Source: Octopus sinensis (taxonomy: Eukaryota). From it: 64,000 nt of DNA. Position numbers and translations under genes: made by a program. Numbering within the stretch: position 1 is the first letter of the stretch; each line of letters opens with the position of its first letter. Location: assembly GCF_006345805.1 (NCBI RefSeq), contig NC_042997.1, positions 100,068,001-100,132,000 of the forward strand, read 5' to 3'. The notes under the pieces were generated by a model. The model was not told the origin of the DNA, searched no databases, and saw only the letters and a list, made by a program, of their open reading frames with translations. Positions 1-39,900 of this stretch are shown piece after piece.

Positions 1-52
1 GTTCTGCATGCATCTAGCACACCTAGAATATACACTCCTGATAATTATAGTA

Positions 53-247
53 ATGGTTTCTGATTTAGGCGCAAAGGCAGCAATTTTGTGGGAAGAAGGT
101 TAGATAATACCATCAACCCCAGTTCTTAGAATTGGCAGGTGAAAGCCAAAGTTGACATCGGTTTTGAACTCAGAATGTAACGAGTTGGAGCAAGTTCCAC
201 AAAGCATTTTTTCTACTGCTTTAACAATTCTACCAGCTTGCTGCCAA
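53..247 (-). mobile_element. Degenerate tRNA-derived SINE with Deu/Nin-like core
   Basis: Reverse complement resembles the copies at 24095-24270 and 51055-51240 (GGTGGCAAGCTGGCAGAA...GAGTTCAAA...GTCAACTTTG). Confidence 0.6.
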
Positions 248-424
248 TGATGACTACAGCAACAATGACGATGGTGACAGCAATGATGCTGATGGTGACA
301 ATGATGATTCTAAAGTACTCAATAATACAAGAAAAGTGAAATAAAACAAATAATGAGGTTGAAAAACTCAGGAAGGTTCATTATCTGAATTATTCTAAAA
401 GTAGTTAGGGGAAATATTGTGACA

Positions 425-790
425 ATATTACCTGTGTGTAGAAGGTGGAACAGTGTTCTGGAAAGGAGGAACCAGGTATAGTGATTTGGTAGGAAGTGTT
501 GGAGAGAGAATAAGGGAGATGAGTGGAGAAAAGAGTTGGATGAGAATGCCTTGGTGAAAGTAGAATGAGACCAGCCAACTCTAAGGAGCAGGGGCTATTA
601 TAGTAGCAGTAGAAAAGGCAGAGAGAAGAGACACCGTTCCTGCGAGTAGAGGCTGGAGTGTGTCTCTGAGTGACTTTATATCAATCATTTGGATGGCCTT
701 TTGCTAGATGCAGTCTACAATGTCTGTATGCAGTGCCATTACCACCCCAGAGATACAATATTTCATAAGAGCAATATTCCAAAATGCGCC
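425..790 (-). mobile_element. Degraded 3' fragment of a CR1/L2-group LINE
   Basis: Translates to ORF2 C-terminal-like IQ.KAI.MI....DTLQPL; same family as 3290-3545 and 40640-41010. Confidence 0.55.
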
Positions 791-1026
791 TTACTTGATC
801 TTAGTTAAATAAAGGTTCTAATATTCAGACTTTTAAAGTGAAAATGACTTCAACTGGGGATTAAAACTAGATTGTATTATTCCTTCTTAGGAACTTACTG
901 CACTGACACTCTCTATTATTGTTAATTAAACAAGTTAATTAAGAATTAAAATTTTACAATGTTTTTCATACTTTAACTGTGCCACCGATCAATCAAATCT
1001 TGATAACTTGCACCTGCTCTGAGTGT

Positions 1027-1850
1027 TATGTGTGTTTGTGTAACTGACCTATTAACAGCGTAAGCATGGAACAAATACATTTTGGGCACAAAAGGTATCT
1101 TGTGTTCTTGCTGTCCATTGCTGAGGCTATATTTCATCTGATGATATTTACTGTGTTTTTAACACAGCATGTCTATAACAGATGCTATCTCAGGATATAT
1201 GCTAGCATGGGTTGGAGAGTTTGACAGGAGCTGGCAAGTTAGAGAGCTGCACCAGGCTTCATTATCTGCTTTGATGTGGTTTCTACAGCTGGAATCTCTT
1301 CCTAACACCAACCACTTTACAGAGTGTACTTGTTGCTTTTAACGTTGACACCAGCACTGGTGCATTTTACATGGCACTATTACCAGTGCAAGTAACATGC
1401 AAGACAAAGACATATCAGCTGGGAGAGGGAGTAGTACTGAAGAGAAGTGGCTTTGTACCAGTTAAGAGGTTAGAGTATAAAAGAGATAGAAATAGATATC
1501 TTACTATAGAGGAGATACTTGGCTACCCTAGAAGAAAAAGAGAGACAGTCAGAGAGAGAGAGAAAAATAGTGTTGGAAATGCATCAGGACATACCTACAG
1601 GGAGCAGTGGCAGGAATATAAGTGGTACAGAGAGAAGAAAGGGGAATGTTTCATAAGAGTGTGAGGGGAGATGTTTAGAGATGGGGAAGACATGACTGTA
1701 GCAAGTGATGGTGAGAGAAATTGGAATGGCTGGTGGGGGAGGATATGGTAGATATGTGAGGGCATGGAGAGTGTGGATAGACCTTTTGTGCCCAAAATGT
1801 ATTTGTTCCATGCTTACTCTGTTAATAGGTCAGTTACACAAACACACATA
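1027..1850. repeat. 70-bp inverted duplication (1027-1096 / 1781-1850)
   Basis: Arms are reverse complements with 1 mismatch. Confidence 0.92.
1190..1780 (-). mobile_element. RTE-type 3' tail/SINE-like repeat plus purine-rich segment
   Basis: CATGCTAGCATGGGTTGGA...TTTCTACAGCTGGA...CCTAACACCAACCAC family motif. Confidence 0.65.
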
Positions 1851-2707
1851 GGCCAGAGTGGTGATCATAGGTGGTACGATGAAGGGATACTGGGAAGATG
1901 GGTAGACAGAAGGAGCTAACAGTGTATATACATTGAGTATAATACATAGCTGGCTATTTTAATTTGATACTGCCTCAGTTGTGCATACACAAATGTCTAT
2001 ATTTTAGAACGACCAGCTTCTTAAGGATTTAGTATAAACTTTGGTATTATATTGAATTACAATTATTTGGCATTTGACTAAGTAAACTATTATTTTGGGG
2101 ATTAATTTGTTTTCTTGTTTGTTTAGAATAACGAGGTTTGATTTGAAAGAGACTTGATTATTTCTGACAGGTTGATCAACTATGTTGGGGTTCCTTCGCT
2201 GGTTCATGAAGTTGGATCTTGAGGAAACTCTTACAACTTTTGTTGTTGTTTAAGCCCTAATTAATTCTAATTAAACATACTTATCGTGAATGGATTTCCT
2301 ATTGTGACCATACCACCTTTTTGCTCGACACATTATCCAGTGTATCCTTTTTCTGAGACAGTAAGGTGTGATTTGAGGTAAGATTTGGCTGTTATTTCTT
2401 GCCAGCTGGATCTTGACGGTGTCTGGTAAATGAAGATAATGATAATGGCTTGGTCACTGATTGAGATAATAAGAATGTTTGTGGTTCAATTATGATGACA
2501 ATGATGTTTGGTAACATTGTAATGTTAGTAGAGGTAATGATTGTAAGAATAATTATGTTCGTGTTGATGATGATGATGGTTGTATTACCAGCAAGGAATA
2601 ATCCTATTGATGATTCCATTATAACATAAAAGTGGGTATTGTTTCTCTGTCTGTAATAATGATCACGATAATAGTGATGATGATAATCATGTTTTTTTTT
2701 TTTATAG

Positions 2708-31129
<28,422 letters not shown>

Positions 31130-31675
31130 ATCAGTGATGTGTGCCATGCAAAGAAGAATCTACATTATGATGCAATAGTGTTAGAAAAGTAGAACCAAAA
31201 ATATTCCTGAAAGAATTTCAATTGACCAAAATATCTATTTTTGTCTTTCCGAATATTTTACTTAAAGTATAAAATTACAACTTTTTTGCTTGTTGGTCAC
31301 GTGTATGCTCCTTCACTTTGGATATCTGAATCAATCCATCCATTTCTATTTAGTAGCATCCCACCTTTCACTCATCATCTAGCCATTCTTGTAACTGCTC
31401 TCTCAGCAGCAACATCAGTCTCTTCCATTCACCCTTTGTTGGCATTAGGAGCAGATTCTATCCTTTCTATTTTCTCTCTCAGCTCAGCTTATGTGCAGTT
31501 GTCATCCTCTCCATTTCCCTTCCTTGCAAATGGTGCCCTTCACACTCTACCATCTTTTTCAATATCTCTACACACAAAAACATCCCATTATATTTTATAT
31601 AATTGTTCCAATTTCTGCAAAATTATATATTGTTTCAGCGATACTAAAATTTCTATAAAGTTATATTCTTTATTT

Positions 31676-31681
31676 AATAAA
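31676..31681 (+). terminator. Candidate polyadenylation signal for AIFM3
   Basis: AATAAA about 550 nt after the stop; common by chance in AT-rich DNA. Confidence 0.35.
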
Positions 31682-31729
31682 ATGCCATCCTCTGGATTTT
31701 TCTTTTTGTTTTTGTTATTATTGTATGAC

Positions 31730-32700
31730 CAAGACCTTCGGCAATATACCATGCTTGAGGAGACTCGTCGTCAAGCCAAGTGAAATCGTAGTCGTGGCTG
31801 TTGCTGGTGTCATGTAAATGGCACCTGTGAAATTGTAATCACGGCCATTGCCAGTAGCATGATCTTCGAATGTTGGGTCTCATGGAGGCGAAGGCAGGTG
31901 AAACCACAGACAGGCCCATTGCCAGTATCATGTAAATGGCACCCATGAAATCGTTGGATCAAATAATGAAAGTTACAGAGAGGGTCATAGCCCAACTAAT
32001 TAGAGAGATTTAGTCTAGATGAGATGTAGTTTGGTTTTGTGTCAGGGAGAAGCACCACTGGTGTAACTGGCACATAAACAGTACCTTTCAAGCTTTGGGC
32101 CTCACGGAGGTAACAACCAAGACCTTTGGCATAATGTTGTACTTGAGAAGACCCATCAAGCTGAGGAAAATTGCAGTTGTGGCAGATACTGGTGTCACAG
32201 GAATGGCACACAGAAGCACCTATTACACTCTGGGAGTGGTTGGCATTAGGAAGGACATCTAGTAGAAAACCATGCTACCTTCCAGCTCCGGTCAAACTGC
32301 CCAACCCATGCCAGTCATGGACAATGGACGTTAAATGATAGGCTTACATATCACACAAACAGAACCCATATGCACAGCCTCCAAAATCATAGATTTGAAA
32401 CCTAAGTTTTTCAGAAATATTTTTTTTACTGAGCTTGAAAAAGACACTTCAAGTTAAGTAAAAGCATGGTTGTCCTTGCACACAGGCTCATCCCTTGCAA
32501 CCTTCTCCAGTTGAGCATCCCTAATTTCACAGGCTTGTAGGTTCTGGTGCCACATAAAAAGCACCCAGTACACTCTGTAAAGTGATTTGGCATTAGGAAG
32601 GGCATCCAGCCAGAGAACCCATGCCAGAACAGCCCTTCAGCTGGTCAGCTCCTGTCAACCTGTCCAACCCATGCCAGCATGGAAAACGGACATAAATATT
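31730..32700 (+). mobile_element. Three RTE-type 3' ends in the intergenic gap
   Basis: GACCT.TGG...TGCTTGAGAAGAC..CAAGC motif twice, plus a tail copy ending CCATGCCAGCATGGAAAACGGAC. Confidence 0.7.
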
Positions 32701-33276
32701 TGCACTTGATACAGTCATAAACAAACTTTGCTTTTCTTGCCATATTTAGCTAAAAAAAACTTGTGGGGAGCAGGGAAGCCATCATTTCAATCAATGAGTT
32801 GAGAATAATAATATATATGTAGTTCTGTTGGTCTATATTCTGTGGTTGTATGTGAAGGTACATGGCTTATGTAATTCAGCTTACAATCACAATACAGCCT
32901 TGTCACATTCCGCGTTGTGCTGAATCTCCTGAGAACCACATAAAGGGTAGACGTGTCCTAGGGGTGCTCAACAAGTTGCATGTTAATTTCACAAGCAGGC
33001 TGTTCCATTGATCAGATCAACTAGAAACCTCGTCCTAACTGACAGCACGTTAGTTATTCTGTGATTTCTAAACAAGGTATATACAGACATTTGATCTGGG
33101 AGGTTTAAGGGACTGAAATACTAATTAACTAATGAATTCAAATCTTGCTTATACACCTAGACAAAGCATACATCTCCACTTTACCTCAGAGCACTTTGGT
33201 AATAAATTGTTATACTTCACAAATGGAAAGTTGGCAAAAGAAATCACAATAGTCTGTAAAACTTTGTTGCCTGAAA

Positions 33277-33565
33277 TCATCATCATCGTCCGTTCTCCAT
33301 GCTAGCATGGGTTGGACGGTTCAACCGGGGATCTGGGAAGCCAGAAGGTTACACCAAGCTCCAGTCTGATCTGGCAGTGTTTCTACAGCTGGATGCCCTT
33401 CCTAACGCCAACCACTCCGTGAGTGTAGTGGGTGCTTTTTACGTGTCACCGGCACAGGAGCCAGGCGAGGCTGGCAACGGCCACGATCGCATTGGTGCTT
33501 TTTACGTGACACTGGCACGGAAGCCAGTCAAGGTGGCGCTGACATCGGCCACGTTCAGATGGTGC
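33277..33565 (-). mobile_element. RTE-type 3' tail/SINE-like repeat
   Basis: Family motif with (CAT)n end and internal ~60-bp units. Confidence 0.75.
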
Positions 33566-33781
33566 TTTTTGAAGCAGAACAATCCATCAATACTATAAAC
33601 AGAACAGATTTGAATAGAAAATGGAAGGAAGGGCATATTACAAACTTAGAATCACTAGTTATAACCACTAAGTTAATTTTCGAAAACTAAAAAAAAAGAA
33701 ATATATTCAAGCAAGTTTAGAATAACAGAATGAGGAAAACAACAAAATGTTAATTTGAAAATATAACTTTTCTCAGATTTC

Positions 33782-33787
33782 TTTATT
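33782..33787 (-). terminator. Candidate polyadenylation signal for TTLL4
   Basis: AATAAA on - about 175 nt after the putative stop. Confidence 0.35.
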
Positions 33788-33960
33788 TTTCACAATTTAA
33801 ATATTGGCAGATGTAAAATGAATATACTTGCTTTCAAAAATTTACAAAATCTTTCAAAATTACGTAGTCAAAATTAAATGTTTAATAGCTGGTCATGACT
33901 TGTAATTGAGCTTTTCGAGATCAACAATTAGGATTTATCATGATTTAGAAGGCACACATT

Positions 33961-33964
33961 TTAC
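33961..33964 (-). CDS. TTLL4: TTLL4 putative last exon: 1 coding nt (completes AGG) + TAA stop
   Basis: Strong pyrimidine tract ttgttttctccctag followed by G TAA in the required phase; no better acceptor seen. Confidence 0.62.
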
Positions 33965-36900
33965 CTAGGGAGAAAACAAATATAAAATAGAAAGTGATTA
34001 CATTTTTTATTACAAAGATCTAACAAAGAAAAATTATTGAAATGTAAGATCAATATTAATATAATTACAGGTGTAGGCATGCTCATTTTGGGTTCAGTAC
34101 AACAGTGCTTTGGGCTGATCAAAGCCTTGTGAATGGATTTGATAAGCAAAAATTGAATGCTGGTGATCACACAGACATTTGTACATGTGTATTCATTTAT
34201 GTTTGGGGTCTACAGAAGTTGCTTGCTTATGAGCAGTGTTGTTTCACTTCTCCAGTCAACAAATTGCTCAACTGCTTAGAGCCTTTGAAAAATGTGTTTA
34301 AGAGATACCTTACTTGAAAGGGGCTGTAAAACAATGACTCAACAACACAGTCATCTAACTCAGAGGTTCTCAACTGTTTTTTATCTATGGACCCCTTTTA
34401 TTACTATTTTATTCTGGTGGACCCAATAATTTTATAGAAACTTCTTTCAAAATACCCATTTTCTTTTTCACACATTAATTTGTGTAGGTTGAACTATGTA
34501 AAATGTTAGAGAAAGAAGCCTAGCTGTTTCTTGCAATACATAATAAATCTAAAGCAAGTTTTTTTCAGGGGGCCCTTAAAATACTATTGTAGATCCCCAA
34601 TTTACTATTTTGTTGTATGGACCCCCTACAAAATCTTATATGAACCCTGGTTGACAACCACTGATCTAACTCATGCTGGCATGGAAAAGAAATAGATGTT
34701 ACAGAGGAAAAACATTTAAGTAACTGATAATGTATTGAATGGCACACACCAAAAATTCTCGAACTGAATGGAAAAAATATAATTTCCTTAACATGAAGAT
34801 GCAGGCATGGCTGTGTGGTAAGAAGTCTGATTCTCAATTACATGGTTCTGGGTCAAGTCCTACAAGGAGGCACCTTGGACAAGTTTTTTCTACTAAAGCC
34901 CCTAAACCAAGCAATGCCTTGCAAATAGATTTGGTAGACAGAAACTGAAAGAAGCCCGTTGTATGTATGTATATATATAGCAATAAGAAAATGGAGGGGA
35001 TCAATAGGTGGTTCATCAACTTATAGACATATTATTATGTTAACTTATTTATTTACTAAACTGATAATTACAATAATATACATATAACATATTATGCAGC
35101 AAAATAACTTACAGCTGTTTCAGCCAATAGATAAAAATACCTCATTCTACCTTTATTACTTAAGTGGAATGAAGTAACAGGTAGATGAAAATGAGGTACT
35201 TCGGTATATCTCTAGGCTTCATCAGAGATTATAAAGTACATAATGTTAAGTTATAAATAAATATAAATAAGTTGATGAACCACCTATTGATCTCCTCCAT
35301 TTTCTTATTACTATATAAATTAATGGTAAAATATCTCTTTACCTTCACCCATTTAGTACACTAGGTAATGTAATTGCAATGCAATAAAAACACTTGTGTA
35401 TTAATAATTGGGTATTCTACCAGCAGTATATTGGATAGATATTATCCCTTAGTGGGTTGGATTCACAACCTCTAACTTTCGAGTTATCATCATCATCATC
35501 ATCATTTAGCGTCCGCTTTCCATGCTAGCATGGGTTGGATGGGTCAACTGGGATCTGTGAAGCTGGAAGGCTTTGTCAGGCCCAGTCAGATCTGGCAGTG
35601 TTTCTACGGCTGGATGCCCTTCCTAACGCCAACCACTCCGCGAGTGTAGTGGGTGTTTTTTACGTGCCACCTGCACAGGTGCCAGACAGAGCTGGCGAAC
35701 AGCCACGAACGGATGGTGCTTTTACATGTCACCGGCACGGGGCCAGGCGATGCTGGCAACGGACACGAACGGATGGTGCTTTTACGTGCCACCGACACGG
35801 GGCCAGACAGAGCTGGCAAACGGCCACGAACGGATGGTGCTTTTACGTGTCACCGGCACGGGGGCCAGCCAAGGCTATTTTTGTCTTTGTATTTCTACAC
35901 CAATGCCGGAGAACTAATGTTGGTTTGTTTACGTCCCTATAACTTAACAGTTTAGTAAAGGGACTGATAAAATAAGTACTGGGATCAATTGGTTCAACTT
36001 AAAAAAAGCCTCGCTTCAAAGCACCCCAGCATGGCCACAGCCAAAAGACTGAAACAAGTAAAAGATAAAAACCAAGATGCACATTATACAAATCCTTATT
36101 CCTCACCTTGTTTTTTCAGTTTTCTCAACAGATTTCTCAACAGTTTTCTTTTGTTGAGTTTTACTAATTGGGGAAGGAGTTTTAGTAGCATGGAAATTGC
36201 AAACTGATTGCGGCAGAACCCACTGTGAAAAGGAAAAAGAAAAAAGTTGTTCAAAGAGACATGGAAATTTCTATAGCATTAATTCCATTTTATTTTTTGT
36301 TGAAAATTATCATCATCATCATTTAACATGTTGTCCATGCTGTTATGGGTTTGGCAGTTTGACTGGAACTGGTAAGCAGGAGGGCTGCACCAGGTTCCAG
36401 TCTGATTTGGCTGGTTTCTACAGCCGTATGCCCTTCCTAACGACAACCACTCCAAGAGTAGTGCTTTTTACATGCCATCGGCAACGACCATAACTACAAT
36501 TTCACAAGTGCCATTTACATGACACTGACAATAGTCACAGTTAGAATTTCACTTGGTTTGACATGGCCGTTGCCAATATCATATAAATGACACTAAAACT
36601 AAATCATTCCATAAAAGTATCACAAGCCAGGAGACATTCAACCTAAAACTCGGGCTTATTGATTTTCAAGGGGAAATTAACTCTTTAGCATTCAGATTAC
36701 TTTGTCGAAAGTAATAATTATTTATTCACATTACCTTGTGATTTCAATTACATAATTATATATTTTTAGAATATTGTAAGATAAGTGTAAGAGGCCCAAT
36801 TTGGTTAGTTTGAGCATAAAACAGGTTGAATATTTGGGCCTGATATGGTCAATTTGAATAGCAAAGGGTTGAAAAGTTAAGCTAAATAAGGCTAATAAAA

Positions 36901-39900
36901 ATAGTATAATACTCAAAGTTGAGTGTATTATCTAAATATCTGTTTTGGTTTGTAATCATATTTTGTGCATTATGCTAATAATTTATAAAAATTTAAATAG
37001 AACATATTACCTGATGTTTGATATCCAATGTGGGATTCTGTAAATGGATATTTGTTTCACAATGAGACTTCAAAAGAGACAATCCTGAAAAAAAAAAAAA
37101 GAAAAAAATTTAAGTTTTAAAGAGACTAGAATATGACAAAAAAACACATTACATTGCAAAAATATTAAGTAAATTAAGACACTGTTTTGAGGAGCGATAA
37201 CTGAAAAATTATCACTGAAAGGCAAGCCAAGCAAAAATGTTATTAATGCTGCCTCAAGTGTAGAACCCCAGAACAGTGATGCAATAAACAGCGAGACCAG
37301 ATCGAGAAAAACAAGAACAATTACATTAACTGCGCAAAAGAATCAAGGCATCATTCAAGTACAAGAATTATTGGTAAAGAATAGTTTGGTAGTCAAGCAA
37401 AATAATCTATTTCTAGGTAAATATGAAACTGGTACTCCTACATCTTGCATGACCAGTCAATAGATGTTTGGTTGATAAACTTGCAGAATCTTGACCATCC
37501 TATTCATATCAGCCTACTTCCCCAAGAACACAATATAAGTGCTTATATTTTAATTTAAATCTAGCTCATAGTTATGTTTCACTTAAAACAGCCATTATTA
37601 TATCAATCTCATTCTCTTCTATTCATCTTGTCATTAGTGGTGGCTGTGTGGTAAGGAACTTGCTTTCCAACCACAAGGTTCCAGATTCAGTCCTACTGCA
37701 TGGCACCTTGGGCAAGTGTCTTCTACTATAGCTTCAGACCGACCAAAGCTTGAGTGAATTTGGTAGACAGAAACTGAAAGAAGCCCATTGTATAAATATA
37801 TGTGTGTGTGTGTGTCTATTTGTCCCCCCATCATCTCTTAACAACTGGTGTTGGTGTGTTTGCATCTCTATAACTTAGCAGTTCGGCAAAAGAGACCAAT
37901 AGAATAAGTACGAAGCTTACAAAGATGTTCAACTAAAGGTGGTGCCCCAGCATGGACTGCAGTCAAATGACTAAAACAAGTAAAAGAATAAAAGAATATA
38001 TCTCAAAATGAGTGAGACTGTCTTTTTTTTAAGGGTATGAACTATATATAGGATCATATAGAGAGAGAAAACATGGTGCTTCAGTTGAAACTTATTTAAC
38101 CTTTCTATCACCAACCCTCTCACTCTACCTGTTTTTATTTCTTTTTATTTGAATAGTGAAAACAATCTCATCTCATTGCTATGTTCATAACAACACAAGA
38201 TTGCAGTAAATATACTTATATCATCCAACATTGTTACAGAATAAATTCTGTACCCCTGAAACTTTTCAAAATTGATTTTAGTTTTTATAACATCCCACCC
38301 AATTTGAAATGAATATTAACTTAGTAACAGTAAATTTAAATTTTAAGGATTTTTAATGTATAAAGCAATTGCTGCAGTGACTGATAGCAAACATGTTTTA
38401 AAAAAAAACAACAACAACAACAACAGGCCTTTTCTTTGAAAGTATATTGCTATGTTCTACATAGCAAAGAGAACAAATTACACAATTTTGTACATGTTTT
38501 GCTAAAAATACAACAGACATTCAGAAATTATAAAGGATAACCAATTACTTGAACACAAGCAAAATTCTTCAGTTTCATGTATAATTACCCAATTTGGTTT
38601 TTGAAGCTGTGTCAATAGTTTCAAATATGCAATAGTGATAACAAAATTATGTGGGTAAGATTACAACTTATATAGAAAATAACTTTTGCATAAAATATTC
38701 TATCATAGATTAATAATAGAAATTATTTGTAAGGTATGTTTCAACTACAACTTTTATATACCAATAAACAATTAAGTTATAGTTGTTTTGTACTATGCTA
38801 AATTCTCAATTTTAGTTTGTTTTTTTTTTAACCCTTTAGCATTTGGGTTACTCTGTCACATGTAGTGCTTTTTTATTGACATTGCTTTGAATTAATCGTA
38901 CATTATCTCATAACTTCAAGATTTCAATGATGTGATTATTTATTTTTAGAATGACATTGCAGCATAAGTGTGAGAGGCTAGATCTCGCCAGTCTAAAGAT
39001 AAAACAGGTAGGTTGTTTTGACCAGATAGGACCAGTTTATATGCTAAAGGTTAAATTTAATTGAAATATATAAGCAGTATATTCTGGTTAGCAATACAGG
39101 AAGAGTTATGGCTTAGTAAAGATTATTCAAATACAAAGTAATAAATTCTTTAAAAAAAAAAATCTTTTTCATAAATGTACTTATTTTGGGATAAAAAAGG
39201 GAAAAAGGTTCCTTTACCTTGTGTATTTGTCTTGGGGAATTGAGTGAACCACTGATCCAGCAGCAGGTTGCTGTATCGTGGTTGTTCAAAGAAACGTAAA
39301 TATTTTGTGGTAGAACTCGTTGGAAATATTCGTTCAAAATTTCCACATCGCTTTTCTTCATCAAGAGTCAAAATCAAAGTTCGAATGTCATAAGGTGTTA
39401 AAATATCTAAGATAGTCTCCTGGATTTGCTATAATCATAAAATATTTTAAATACTGAAAACAACAACAACAACAACAAAATCACTATTCATCAACCACAA
39501 AACAAGCAAGTTTATAATCACTTCAACCACCGCTATTGATTCGCTACCTGCTTTGCATTCAACCCCACAGTTTTGACCTATCTTCTCAAAATCTATCCCC
39601 TTCCACTCCTTCAGGCTCCCCATTTGACATATACACATGCCAAATGCAGAAAACTGGCAGCTACTTCAAACCAACAAAGTCACCAGCCCTGACAATGTTC
39701 CTTCTATAACACTCAAACACTGTGCTCCAGACCTTACCCATACACTAACCCAATTCTTTAATCCCCCAATCTCTACAAGAACATGTTCTGACATTTGAAA
39801 GCTTGCTTCAGTGTGTCCCATTCCAAAGAAATGGCAATCCAGATGAGTCCTATTGCACTCACTCTTAATGTCTTTTAGGTAAAGGAGACAGTGCATTAAC

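Noticed and set aside
31241-31783. 180-aa hydrophobic ORF after the AIFM3 stop
   Set aside because: No splice context or recognisable domain. It is a pyrimidine-rich segment running into an RTE tail, and the opposite strand has stops; probably UTR or decayed repeat.
35652-35871. Regular ~61-bp repeats as a CRISPR array
   Set aside because: Whole units are similar with no unique spacers, there are no cas genes, and the array lies inside a eukaryotic retroelement tail.
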